Below, piece after piece: positions 47,850 to 57,974 of a stretch of DNA of 59,079 bases. Position 1 is the first letter of the stretch; every line of letters begins with the position of its first letter. Position numbers and translations under genes: made by a program. This stretch comes from Rhodothermales bacterium. GTDB taxonomy: Bacteria; Bacteroidota; Rhodothermia; Rhodothermales; UBA10348. The stretch is from contig JAURNP010000112.1 in NCBI GenBank assembly GCA_030830105.1, forward strand, positions 1-59,079, written 5' to 3'. The notes beneath the pieces were generated by a model. It ran no database searches. It had not been told where the DNA came from and saw only the letters and a list, made by a program, of their open reading frames with translations.

Positions 47850-47874
47850 AATCCCCAAACAACGATTCCTCCCG

Positions 47875-49593
47875 ATGTCGCGACGAAGCCATACCATTAC
47901 GAAAGGGTACCAGCGTGCTCCCCACCGGAGCCTGCTACGTGCAACGGGCGTGGTCCGCAGTGACGACGATTTCGACCGGCCCTTCATTGGGATCTGCAAT
48001 TCCTACATCGATCTGATCCCGGGTCATGTGCACCTGCAAGAATTTGGAGCCCTGGTCAAGGAAGCGGTTCGCGAGGCCGGCGGACTCCCGTTCGAATTCA
48101 ATACCATCGGCGTGGATGACGGAATTGCGATGGGGCATTTGGGCATGCGCTACTCCTTGCCCAGCCGGGAAATCATTGCTGACTCTGTAGAGACAGTCGT
48201 TCAAGCGCACTGTCTAGATGCGATTATATGCCTGCCCAACTGCGACAAGATTGTTCCAGGCATGCTGATGGGAGCGTTACGCTGCAATATTCCGGTCATT
48301 TTTGTTTCGGGTGGGCCGATGAAGGCCGGGCGCCTCCCAGACGGTCGGAAGGTCGATCTGGTGTCTGTTTTCGAAGGCGTTGGGCAGTTTTCCAACGGCG
48401 AAATCAATGAAGTGGAATTGGAGGCGTTGGAGCATCTGGCTTGCCCGACTTGTGGGTCCTGTGCCGGGATGTTCACCGCCAATTCCATGAATTGCATCAT
48501 GGAAGTGTTGGGCCTGGCGTTGCCGGGCAATGGCACCATACTGGCCATCGACCCGAAGCGCGGCGATCTTGCACGATCAGCGGCGAAGCGCATTGTGGAC
48601 ATGGTCGATGAAGGACTCAAGCCGCGGGATATCGTAACCGAAGAGGCGTTTGACGATGCTTTTGCCCTGGATATGGCCATGGGCGGGTCCACGAACACGA
48701 TCCTGCACTTGCTGGCTGCAGCTCACGAAGCCGGTGTGGACTATGATCTCGCACGCATCAACGTTATGTCCGATGGCGTACCCTACCTCTGTAAAGTAGC
48801 TCCGGCAACCCCCGACGTGCACATGGAAGATGTGGACGAGGCGGGCGGCATCCAGGCCGTTCTGGCCGAGCTGCACCTGGCTGGACTGCTGAACAGCCAC
48901 CGAGTGACGGTCACGGGCCATCCGTTGGGCCACGGCCTGGATGCCGCCCACACAAGCCGTCCAGATATCATTAAGCCGGCTTCCGATCCGTTCCGTGCGA
49001 CCGGCGGTCTTCGGGTTCTATTTGGTACCCTGGCACCGGAGGGATGCGTCGTCAAGACGGGAGCCGTAGCCGAGGATATGCACGTGTTCGAGGGAACGGC
49101 CGTCATTTTCGAAAGCCAGGATCAAGCAGTCGAAGGCATCCTGAGTGGAAGCATCGAGCCGGGTACTGTGGTTATCATTCGCTATGAAGGCCCACGCGGC
49201 GGACCGGGAATGCCTGAAATGTTGCAGCCTACATCGGCGTTGGCTGGCATGCGACTCGATCGCAGTGTGGCCATGATCACCGATGGTCGTTTCTCCGGAG
49301 GGACCCGTGGCCTGAGCATTGGACATTGTTCGCCGGAGGCAGCAGCGGGTGGTCCTATCGCGCTCGTTCAAGAGGGTGATCGCATTACGATCAACCTGCA
49401 CGACGCTTCCGTGCACTGGCATGTGGATGAGGCCGAAGCGGCACGTCGCCGCTCGGAGCTGCCGCCTTTTGAATCACGCATCCAAAGTGGCTATCTGGCC
49501 CGATACAGCCATCTCGTAACCAGTGCTTCGACCGGCGCCATCCTGCGAGTACCTGAATGGCAGCCCTCGCCCAACGAATTGTCTCCGGCCTGA
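47875..49593 (+). CDS. ilvD: dihydroxy-acid dehydratase
   Basis: [25 protein letters not shown]. 572 aa. Confidence 0.95.
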   Translation: MSRRSHTITKGYQRAPHRSLLRATGVVRSDDDFDRPFIGICNSYIDLIPGHVHLQEFGALVKEAVREAGGLPFEFNTIGVDDGIAMGHLGMRYSLPSREIIADSVETVVQAHCLDAIICLPNCDKIVPGMLMGALRCNIPVIFVSGGPMKAGRLPDGRKVDLVSVFEGVGQFSNGEINEVELEALEHLACPTCGSCAGMFTANSMNCIMEVLGLALPGNGTILAIDPKRGDLARSAAKRIVDMVDEGLKPRDIVTEEAFDDAFALDMAMGGSTNTILHLLAAAHEAGVDYDLARINVMSDGVPYLCKVAPATPDVHMEDVDEAGGIQAVLAELHLAGLLNSHRVTVTGHPLGHGLDAAHTSRPDIIKPASDPFRATGGLRVLFGTLAPEGCVVKTGAVAEDMHVFEGTAVIFESQDQAVEGILSGSIEPGTVVIIRYEGPRGGPGMPEMLQPTSALAGMRLDRSVAMITDGRFSGGTRGLSIGHCSPEAAAGGPIALVQEGDRITINLHDASVHWHVDEAEAARRRSELPPFESRIQSGYLARYSHLVTSASTGAILRVPEWQPSPNELSPA

Positions 49594-49664
49594 TCCCAGT
49601 ATCACATGGCCCTGTCCGCTCTCTCAATACAAGCCATCCATCAATCGCTTACTGCGAATATCTG

Positions 49665-51440
49665 ATGTCCCAACAAGCACACACCGCCCAGACAGCAACG
49701 GCACCTTCAGCCGACATGACCGCAACCGATCGTCCGCTCGCAACAGGTGCGGAAATCCTCATTCGTTCGTTGGAAGCCGAAGGCGTGGAGTACGTGTTTG
49801 GTCATCCGGGCGGGGCTGTAATTGCCATTTATGACGAAATGCATCGTCTTCAGCCTTCCTTCGAGCATATTCTGGTTCGGCATGAGCAGGGGGGGACACA
49901 CGCAGCAGAGGGGTATGCCAAGGCAACCGGCAAGGTTGGAACGGTCCTCGTCACCTCGGGTCCAGGCGCCACAAACTGCGTCACGGGTATCGCCGATGCA
50001 TACATGGATTCCATTCCTCTGGTCGTGTTCACCGGCCAGGTCCCCACGCACCTGATTGGCAATGATGCTTTCCAAGAATGTGACACGATAGGAGTTACTC
50101 GCAGTATCACGAAGCACAGTTTTCTGGTTCGGGACGTCACGGAGTTGGCAGCGACGGTCAAGAAGGCGTATCACCTCGCACGCACGGGTCGTCCGGGCCC
50201 GGTGGTCGTGGATCTTCCCAAGGACGTCATTGCTGCGCGCGCGCCATTCCACTATCCCGAAAATGTCCAGATTCGGGGTTACTCTGTCATAGGACGTGGA
50301 AATGTGGATCAGGTGCGCAAAGCGGCCGACATGATAGCCGCTTCGAAAAAGCCGCTGTTCTATGTAGGAGGAGGGACGATCATTTCCGGTGGTGCCGAAA
50401 AGCTAACGGCGCTGGCCCACAAAACGTCCATCCCGGTCACCACTACGCTGCATGGTCTGGGCTCTTTCCCTGAGACGGATCCGCTGTCCGTGGGCATGCT
50501 CGGGATGCACGGTACGTGGTACGCCAATATGGCGGTCCAGAACACGGATCTTCTGATCGCAGTAGGTGCACGCTTCGATGACCGCGTGACGGGCAAGATC
50601 GAAGCCTGGGCTCCGCATGCACGCATCATTCATATCGATATCGATCCGGCCTGTATCTCCAAAAACATACCGGTAGACTGCCCCATTCTGGGGGATGTCT
50701 CCATGGTGCTTGATCAATTGGAAGAACTGGTTCAGCCTGCGGATCGGAGCGACTGGCTAGGACAGATCGCTGCCTGGAGAGAGGAATGCCCGCTTATATT
50801 CGAGCGCGACGGAGCATTGCGTCCCCAACAGGTGGTGCAGGCGCTTCGAGGGAAGACAAATGGAGAGGCGGTAGTCGTAACCGACGTCGGTCAGAATCAG
50901 ATGTGGGGGGCGCAGTTCTTTTCGTACGTCCATCCTCGCAGTCACATCACGTCCGGCGGCCTCGGTACGATGGGCTTCAGTCTCCCTGCAGCCATGGGAG
51001 CTGCCTTCGGCATGCGCACGATTGGCCGGGATGTCATCTCCATCAACGGGGATGGTGGTGTCCTTATGAATATCCAGGAGCTGGGTGTTGCCGCCGCACA
51101 CAAACTGCCGCTGAAGGTGGTCATCCTCAACAACAATTTCCTGGGCATGGTGCGTCAGTGGCAGGAACTCTTCCATGAGGAGCGCTACAGCCATACCAAT
51201 CTCGAGCCAACCAATCCGGACTTCGTGAAACTGGCCGAGGCCTTCGGATGTGTCGGACTCCAGTGCACGGATCCGGCTGACGTCGATTCGACTCTCGATG
51301 CGGCGTGGGAAATCACCGACCGACCCGTCGTGATGGATTTCCGTGTCATCACCGAAGAGAAGGTTTTCCCCATGGTTCCGGCAGGTGCCGCAACCGACAA
51401 CATGATCACCGCCCAGTTCAGCCCGGAAGACTGCGCGTGA
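49665..51440 (+). CDS. ilvB: acetolactate synthase (acetohydroxy-acid synthase) large subunit
   Basis: GAEILIRSLEAEGVEYVFGHPGG, TPP motif GLGTMGFSLPAAMGA...INGDGGVLMNIQEL. Start trimmed to the ATG at 49665. Confidence 0.93.
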   Translation: MSQQAHTAQTATAPSADMTATDRPLATGAEILIRSLEAEGVEYVFGHPGGAVIAIYDEMHRLQPSFEHILVRHEQGGTHAAEGYAKATGKVGTVLVTSGPGATNCVTGIADAYMDSIPLVVFTGQVPTHLIGNDAFQECDTIGVTRSITKHSFLVRDVTELAATVKKAYHLARTGRPGPVVVDLPKDVIAARAPFHYPENVQIRGYSVIGRGNVDQVRKAADMIAASKKPLFYVGGGTIISGGAEKLTALAHKTSIPVTTTLHGLGSFPETDPLSVGMLGMHGTWYANMAVQNTDLLIAVGARFDDRVTGKIEAWAPHARIIHIDIDPACISKNIPVDCPILGDVSMVLDQLEELVQPADRSDWLGQIAAWREECPLIFERDGALRPQQVVQALRGKTNGEAVVVTDVGQNQMWGAQFFSYVHPRSHITSGGLGTMGFSLPAAMGAAFGMRTIGRDVISINGDGGVLMNIQELGVAAAHKLPLKVVILNNNFLGMVRQWQELFHEERYSHTNLEPTNPDFVKLAEAFGCVGLQCTDPADVDSTLDAAWEITDRPVVMDFRVITEEKVFPMVPAGAATDNMITAQFSPEDCA

Positions 51441-51498
51441 GCGCCGTCATCCGGAATTACCACCATTTCGAGGGCTTCGGCCCTGACCCGACCAAGCC

Positions 51499-52095
51499 AT
51501 GACAACCGACACCGCCCAGCAGGAAAGCATCGAGCTGACGCCGCAACAGCTGTTCCGGAAACAGGCCGCGGGCGAAGCTATCCTCCCCAACGAGGAAGAT
51601 TCTGTCCATCGCCATGTTATCACCGTACTGATCGATGACACGATCGGCGCCCTGAATCGGGTTACCAATCTGTTCTCGCAGCGAGGCTTCAACCTCGAAA
51701 GCGTCACGGTCGGTGAATCCAAAGATCCGACACAGCGCCGCCTGACCCTTGTCACAACCGGAAATGACCGGATCATCGCCCAGGTGCTGCGTCAGTTGAA
51801 TAGTCTCGTCGATACGACCGAGGTAGAAGACCTGACCCGCGAGGATCATGTCGAACGCGAGCTGTGCCTGGTGAAAGTCCGTAGCTCTGCGACCGAGCGA
51901 ACTGCTCTGCTGTCCGTCGTTGAGGTATTCCGCGCCAACGTGGTGAACATCACCCCTGACAGTCTCACGTTCGAGGTCACCGGGCCGACGGCGAAGATCA
52001 ACGCCTTCATCGGCGTCATGAAAGACTACGACGTACGTGAAGTGGCTCGCAGTGGCCGGGTGGCCATGCGTCGCCGGCTCGCCTTCGAACACTGA
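51499..52095 (+). CDS. ilvN: acetolactate synthase small (regulatory) subunit
   Basis: ACT domain HVITVLIDDTIGALNRVTNLFSQRGFNLESVTVG. Position directly after ilvB. Confidence 0.9.
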   Translation: MTTDTAQQESIELTPQQLFRKQAAGEAILPNEEDSVHRHVITVLIDDTIGALNRVTNLFSQRGFNLESVTVGESKDPTQRRLTLVTTGNDRIIAQVLRQLNSLVDTTEVEDLTREDHVERELCLVKVRSSATERTALLSVVEVFRANVVNITPDSLTFEVTGPTAKINAFIGVMKDYDVREVARSGRVAMRRRLAFEH

Positions 52096-52134
52096 TCCAA
52101 CCCATTTAATCTCCAACCCGACTTCTTCAGCATC

Positions 52135-53139
52135 ATGAACATGCATTACGACGCCGATCTCGGCATTATCCTGAACCGCCGCGTAGCCGTGATTGGATTC
52201 GGTAGCCAGGGCCATGCCCACGCTTTAAACCTTCACGAGAGTGGTGTGAACGTGGTAGTCGGTCTCCGTGAGGGATCGTCATCCAAGGCCGAGGTCGAAA
52301 GCCACGGTGTGGCCGTCAAATCCATCGCAGATGCAGCAGCGTGGGCCGAAGTGGTCATGATCCTGATTCCGGATCAGCACCAGAAACGGGTCTACGAGGC
52401 CGAGATCAAAGAGCACATGACGCCGGGCAAGGCCCTGGGCTTCGGGCACGGATTCAATGTGCATTACGAACAGATCGCACCGCCCGAAGGCGTGGATGTC
52501 TTCATGGTCGCCCCTAAATCACCGGGTCATCTCGTACGTCGCACCTATACCGAAGGCCGCGGTGTCCCCTGTCTGGTAGCTGTCGCTCAGGATGCGTCGG
52601 GATCGACCATGGATCTGGCTCTGAGCTGGGCCAAAGGCATTGGCGGTACGCGTGCCGGCGTGATTGAGACCAACTTCAAGGACGAAACCGAAACCGACCT
52701 GTTCGGTGAGCAGGCTGTGTTGTGCGGGGGAAGCGAAGCGCTGATCAAGGCTGGCTTCGAAACGCTGGTTGAAGCGGGCTACTCCCCGGAGCTCGCATAT
52801 TTCGAGTGTCTCCATGAGCTGAAATTGATCGTGGACCTCTATTACGAGGGAGGTCTCGAGGCCATGAATCGCTCTGTTTCGGACACCGCCGACTACGGTG
52901 GGTACTCGCGCGGTTCACGGGTTATTACAGATACTGTAAAACAGGAAATGAAGAAGATCCTCTCCGAAGTTCAGAGCGGAAAGTTTGCCAAGGAGTGGAT
53001 CGAGGAGTGCGACGCAGGATGGCCGAACATGTCTCAACTGAGAAATGCCTCGATCAATCACCCCATGGAGAAAGTGGGAGCGAAACTGCGTAGTATGATG
53101 TCCTGGCTTCGCCGCGACGAACCCGTTTCCACGTCCTGA
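52135..53139 (+). CDS. ilvC: ketol-acid reductoisomerase (class I)
   Basis: [18 protein letters not shown]-binding motif. 334 aa. Confidence 0.95.
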   Translation: MNMHYDADLGIILNRRVAVIGFGSQGHAHALNLHESGVNVVVGLREGSSSKAEVESHGVAVKSIADAAAWAEVVMILIPDQHQKRVYEAEIKEHMTPGKALGFGHGFNVHYEQIAPPEGVDVFMVAPKSPGHLVRRTYTEGRGVPCLVAVAQDASGSTMDLALSWAKGIGGTRAGVIETNFKDETETDLFGEQAVLCGGSEALIKAGFETLVEAGYSPELAYFECLHELKLIVDLYYEGGLEAMNRSVSDTADYGGYSRGSRVITDTVKQEMKKILSEVQSGKFAKEWIEECDAGWPNMSQLRNASINHPMEKVGAKLRSMMSWLRRDEPVSTS

Positions 53140-53162
53140 TCACGGCCTGAACGGCAGAGTGA

Positions 53163-54257
53163 ATGCCGCCCGACATGTCAGACTCGATTCATATTGTTGT
53201 CTTACCTGGAGATGGAATTGGTCCCGAAGTGACCGATTCTGCCAGGCAGGTGATGGAAGCGGCAGGTCGGCGATACGATGTAACATTTGACTGGGATGAG
53301 CACGTTTTTGGCGGTGTCGCCATAGATCACAGCGGCCATCCTTTTCCCGAAGAGACGCGGAAGGCCTGCTTGTCCGCCCACGCCATCTTGCTCGGAGCTA
53401 TCGGAGGGCCCAAGTGGGATGCTGTCGATGCAGAAATGCGTCCGGAGGCTGGTCTGCTGGCCCTGCGCAGCGTGCTCGATGCATATGCCAACCTGCGGCC
53501 GGTAAAGGTCTCGAATACTCTGGCACACCTGTCCGTGTTACCACCGGATCGCGTCGCCGGTACCGACCTCCTGGTGGTGCGCGAGCTTACCGGTGGTATT
53601 TATTTCGGGGAGCCTCGTAGGTACACGAAGGATGAAGCCTTCGACACGATGCGCTATTCAACTGGCGAGATTGACCGTATTGCTCGGATCGCCTTCGAAC
53701 AAGCGCGTGCCCGCCGCGGTCGTGTCACGTCTGTGGACAAAGCCAATGTCTTGGCTTCATCCCGGCTGTGGCGCGAATGTGTGAGTGCCGTTCATGCTGA
53801 GTCCTACTCCGATGTGGAATTGGACCACATGTACGTCGACAATGCCGCTATGCAGGTTGTTCGTGATCCACGGGCATTCGATGTTGTGCTTACGGCCAAT
53901 CTGTTTGGGGATATCCTGTCAGATCTCGCCTCTACACTGGCCGGGTCCCTCGGAGTCCTGCCATCGGCTTCCCTCGGTGGGGTTACCCCGCTGTTCGAAC
54001 CAGTCCATGGAAGCGCACCAGATCTGTCTGGCCGCGGAGAAGCCAATCCCGTGGCCGCCATTCTCAGTGGTGCCATGCTCTTGGAAGATGTCGGTCACGC
54101 CGATTCGGCCGACCTTATCCGCCGGGCTGTGGACGACACCTTGTCGGCGGGAAGTATGACCTGCGACCTCTCTGAGCAAGGGGTGTCGACGTCTGAATTC
54201 ACTGACCACGTGTGCGACGTCATTGCGCACATCCCTATTTCGCCAACCATTATCTGA
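53163..54257 (+). CDS. leuB: 3-isopropylmalate dehydrogenase
   Basis: VLPGDGIGPEV, NLFGDILSD. The start may be the ATG at 53175. Confidence 0.93.
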   Translation: MPPDMSDSIHIVVLPGDGIGPEVTDSARQVMEAAGRRYDVTFDWDEHVFGGVAIDHSGHPFPEETRKACLSAHAILLGAIGGPKWDAVDAEMRPEAGLLALRSVLDAYANLRPVKVSNTLAHLSVLPPDRVAGTDLLVVRELTGGIYFGEPRRYTKDEAFDTMRYSTGEIDRIARIAFEQARARRGRVTSVDKANVLASSRLWRECVSAVHAESYSDVELDHMYVDNAAMQVVRDPRAFDVVLTANLFGDILSDLASTLAGSLGVLPSASLGGVTPLFEPVHGSAPDLSGRGEANPVAAILSGAMLLEDVGHADSADLIRRAVDDTLSAGSMTCDLSEQGVSTSEFTDHVCDVIAHIPISPTII

Positions 54258-54264
54258 GTCCACC

Positions 54265-55878
54265 ATGTCTTCAGATCGCGTCATCATTTTCGATACTTCG
54301 CTCCGTGACGGAGAACAGGCCCCGGGAGCGGCCATGACAGTGCCGGAGAAGCTACAGCTAGCGCACCAGTTGGCGCAGTTGGGGGTTGATGTGATCGAGG
54401 CTGGGTTTCCCATTTCTTCGCCAGGGCAGTTTGAAGCGGTCCAGCGAATTGTCGCCGAGGTGGAAGGACCTACGATTTGCGCGCTGGCCCGCGCCAAGAA
54501 GGCAGATATCGACGCAGCTGGTTCGGCGCTTGAAGGGGGCAGTAATACGCGTATCCACACATTCATCGCCACGAGCGACATTCACCTGGAGAGCAAGTTT
54601 GCCGATCCCCGATATGGCAGTACGCTGGAAGAGAAGCGGGAGACCGTTTTGAGCATGGCCATTGAAGCTGTCAAGCACGCTCGCACCTACACGGACGACG
54701 TGGAATTCAGCGCCGAGGATGCCGGGCGTACAGATACCGATTATCTGTGTCGCATTGTGCAGGCGGTGATTGATGTCGGCGCAACGACCATCAATATTCC
54801 GGATACGACAGGCTACTGTATCACGGACGAATATGCGGATCTGATCCGGACGGTCATTGAGGGTGTGAATGCGTCGGATGACGTCATCTTCTCAACTCAT
54901 TGTCACGATGATCTGGGACTGGCCGTTGCCAACTCCCTGTCCGGCTTGCAGGCGGGCGCCCGACAAATAGAATGCACCATCAATGGCATCGGCGAGCGTG
55001 CTGGAAACGCCTCGCTCGAGGAAGTCGTGATGGCCCTCAATGTGCGAGCTCCACATTTTGGACTGCATACAGGTGTCAATCCGCGATTGCTCTTTCCGAC
55101 ATCGAAGATGGTTTCCACTTTTACCGGGTTCAAGGTTCAACCGAACAAGGCCATCATCGGGAAGAATGCCTTCGCCCACGAGGCCGGCATTCACCAGGAT
55201 GGGGTCCTCAAGAACCGGGAGACGTACGAAATCATGCGCGCCGAGGATGTGGGCCAAGACCCCGAATCTATTCGATTGGGAAGGCATTCGGGTCGCCATG
55301 GCCTATTTTCCCGTTTGGAACGGCTGGGCATCCGCATTGAAGAGAAAGACAAGGCGGAGGTGTACGCGAAATTCGTCGATCTGGCCGATCGGAAGAAAGA
55401 AATCAACGATTCAGACCTTATCAACCTATTCCACCACGAAGAGCATACGATGGATACCCCCCACTACTCGCTCGAGAAATTTCATGTGACCGTTGGATCC
55501 GGTCAGGAGCCCGAAGCGACTGTTGTGGTTCGCGACCTGCAGAGCGAATCGGTTACAGAGCAGAAAGCAACCGGAGATGGTCCCATCGATGCGCTGTATC
55601 GGGCCATCGATCATGCCGTCGACGAGGGGCACGACCTGGTCAATTACTCAATCCGTTCCGTGTCCGAGGGATCTGACTCGTTTGGAGAGGTAAGCGTCCT
55701 GATTGGTATGGGAGGACCACTGTTTGCCGGAAAGGCCAGCAGCACCGATGTGATCGAAGCCTCTGCACAAGCCTACATGAATGCCCTGAATTCTTTGGCC
55801 GCGTTCCGCCTGGACAAGGAGTCCATAGAGTTTGTCAGCTCCGGCATCATGCAGGCCTTCGAAAGCCCGAAAGACTAG
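54265..55878 (+). CDS. leuA: 2-isopropylmalate synthase
   Basis: IFDTSLRDGEQ, HCHDDLGLAVANSL and a C-terminal LeuA dimerisation/regulatory domain. Start trimmed to the ATG at 54265. Confidence 0.93.
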   Translation: MSSDRVIIFDTSLRDGEQAPGAAMTVPEKLQLAHQLAQLGVDVIEAGFPISSPGQFEAVQRIVAEVEGPTICALARAKKADIDAAGSALEGGSNTRIHTFIATSDIHLESKFADPRYGSTLEEKRETVLSMAIEAVKHARTYTDDVEFSAEDAGRTDTDYLCRIVQAVIDVGATTINIPDTTGYCITDEYADLIRTVIEGVNASDDVIFSTHCHDDLGLAVANSLSGLQAGARQIECTINGIGERAGNASLEEVVMALNVRAPHFGLHTGVNPRLLFPTSKMVSTFTGFKVQPNKAIIGKNAFAHEAGIHQDGVLKNRETYEIMRAEDVGQDPESIRLGRHSGRHGLFSRLERLGIRIEEKDKAEVYAKFVDLADRKKEINDSDLINLFHHEEHTMDTPHYSLEKFHVTVGSGQEPEATVVVRDLQSESVTEQKATGDGPIDALYRAIDHAVDEGHDLVNYSIRSVSEGSDSFGEVSVLIGMGGPLFAGKASSTDVIEASAQAYMNALNSLAAFRLDKESIEFVSSGIMQAFESPKD

Positions 55879-55956
55879 CAACCGAGGACCACGATTCGGG
55901 TGCATGCAGTCCTGAAGTAGGGGATGCAGGGAGCCGGATCGGTTTTACGTACAGGT

Positions 55957-57255
55957 ATGGGACAGACCATTACCCAGAAGATTCTTGCCCAGCATGCCGG
56001 GCGCGACAGAGTCGCGCCCGGAGACAACATCTGGGTCGATGTCGACACCTTGATGACGCACGATGTGTGCGGTCCACCGACCATCGGCATTTTTCAGCGC
56101 GAGTTTGGGGAAGATGCCAACGTGTGGGATCCGGACAAGCTGGTCATCCTGCCCGACCACTACATTTTCACCGAGGACCCTCACGCTCGTCGCAATATCG
56201 AGATCTTGCGAGATTTTGCCGCGAAGCACAAGCTGAAGCACTATTTCGATGTCGGAACGGCCCGCTACAAGGGGGTCTGTCACGTTGCCCTGGCCGAAGA
56301 GGGATTCAATCGTCCCGGGACCGTGCTATTCGGCACGGATAGCCACTCGTGCACATCAGGCGCCTTCGGCATGTTCTCAACCGGTGTGGGCAACACCGAT
56401 GCGGCCCTGATCATGGGGACTGGCAAGATCTGGGTGAAGGTACCGGAGACCATGCGTTTTGTGTTCGAAGGCAAGTTGCCGCCCTGGCTTATGGCCAAGG
56501 ACCTGATCCTGAGCGTGATCGGGGACATCGGGTTCGAAGGTGGGACTTACCGCGCGCTCGAGTTCGATGGTGAAGCCGTATTCGACCTGTCCATGGAAGA
56601 GCGCATGACGCTCACCAACATGGCCATCGAAGCCGGTGGAAAGAATGGCATTATCGCGGCGGACCAGAAGACGGTCGACTATGTCGAAGCACGAACGGAT
56701 GCTCCGTACGAAATGGTTTCCTCCGACTCTGACGCCCGCTACTTGTTCGAGAAAGTCTACGATGTGAGCACCATGGAGCCGGTCGTAGCCAAGCCGCATA
56801 GACCGGACAACCGGGCTGCGGTCTCGGAAGTAGCCGGTACCAAACTGGATCGTGCCTACATCGGTAGTTGCACGGGCGGCAAGTACGAGGACTTCCTTGC
56901 GGCAGCACAGATTCTGGAGGGCAACAGGGTACAGGTGGATACTTTCGTGGTGCCCGCCAGTACCGAGGTGTCAAAGCAATTACGGGAGCAGACCCTGGGC
57001 GGCAAGACGCTCTGGCAGGTCTTTCTGGATGCGGGATGCAAGATGGGCCATGCCTCTTGCGGTGCATGCCTGGGAGGTCCGGTGGATACTTTCGGTCGTA
57101 CCCATGGCACGGAGGTCGTCATTTCCACCACCAATAGGAATTTCCCCGGCAGAATGGGGTCGAAGCAATCGGCCGTGTACCTGGCGTCGCCTCTGACCGT
57201 GGCTGCGTCGGCCTTGCACGGTGAAATAACTGATCCGCGAACTGTTCTGGTGTAG
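55957..57255 (+). CDS. leuC: 3-isopropylmalate dehydratase large subunit (short, ~430-aa type)
   Basis: MGQTITQKILAQHAG, GTDSHSCTSGAFG, GSCTGG and CGACLGG Fe-S ligand regions. Confidence 0.9.
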   Translation: MGQTITQKILAQHAGRDRVAPGDNIWVDVDTLMTHDVCGPPTIGIFQREFGEDANVWDPDKLVILPDHYIFTEDPHARRNIEILRDFAAKHKLKHYFDVGTARYKGVCHVALAEEGFNRPGTVLFGTDSHSCTSGAFGMFSTGVGNTDAALIMGTGKIWVKVPETMRFVFEGKLPPWLMAKDLILSVIGDIGFEGGTYRALEFDGEAVFDLSMEERMTLTNMAIEAGGKNGIIAADQKTVDYVEARTDAPYEMVSSDSDARYLFEKVYDVSTMEPVVAKPHRPDNRAAVSEVAGTKLDRAYIGSCTGGKYEDFLAAAQILEGNRVQVDTFVVPASTEVSKQLREQTLGGKTLWQVFLDAGCKMGHASCGACLGGPVDTFGRTHGTEVVISTTNRNFPGRMGSKQSAVYLASPLTVAASALHGEITDPRTVLV

Positions 57256-57318
57256 CCGTGAATGTGCGAGCTTTCAGGACGCGCCCATTGCACTGAAATC
57301 CTGCACCCTTTTTCTGGC

Positions 57319-57384
57319 AGCATGAAAGCCTTTCTTCATCAGCATGAAAGCCTTCTTCCAATAGCATGAAAAACCGTATTGAAG
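57319..57384 (+). repeat. three tandem 22-nt units, each beginning AGCATGAAA; the third carries the leuD start
   Basis: agcatgaaagcctttcttcatc / agcatgaaagccttcttccaat / agcatgaaaaaccgtattgaag. The ATGs at 57322, 57344 and 57366 lie in three different frames. Confidence 0.9.
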
Positions 57385-57926
57385 GAAAAGCCTACGTACT
57401 CGGGGACTCGATCGACACGGATCAGATCATCCCGGCCGCGCACCTGGTCTACAGCATGACGGAGCCGGACGAACGTCGCATGTACGGGCGATATGCCTGC
57501 ACCGGGGTGCCCAATGAGCAGGCCGGTCTACCTGATGGAGGAATGCCTCTGACCGATCCCGAGGCCTGGACCAGCGAATTCAAGGTGGTCATCGCTGGAT
57601 CCAACTTCGGATGTGGCTCCTCCCGCGAGCACGCCCCTTTTGCCCTTCAGGAGGCAGGCATCGAGGCGGTGGTAGCCACTTCTTACGCCCGGATTTTCTA
57701 CCGCAATTCCGTGGATGGAGGCTTCCTGGTCCCATTTGAATCACGCGAACGCCTGGTTGAGCAAATTCGGACGGGGGATGACATTGTAATCGACGTTCCA
57801 GCAGGCACGCTGACCCAAATGCCATCGGGCGACGTATTCCTTCTCAACCCACTTGGAGACGTAGCGGATATCCTGCGTGCTGGCAACGTGTTCGAGTATG
57901 CCCGGCAGGCGGGCTTCATCAGCTGA
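57366..57926 (+). CDS. leuD: 3-isopropylmalate dehydratase small subunit
   Basis: GSNFGCGSSREHA motif. 186 aa. Follows leuC. Confidence 0.9.
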   Translation: MKNRIEGKAYVLGDSIDTDQIIPAAHLVYSMTEPDERRMYGRYACTGVPNEQAGLPDGGMPLTDPEAWTSEFKVVIAGSNFGCGSSREHAPFALQEAGIEAVVATSYARIFYRNSVDGGFLVPFESRERLVEQIRTGDDIVIDVPAGTLTQMPSGDVFLLNPLGDVADILRAGNVFEYARQAGFIS

Positions 57927-57974
57927 CTGGATGTGTTCAATCTTGCGGCCGTTGCGATCGTTTCCCTCTGAATC

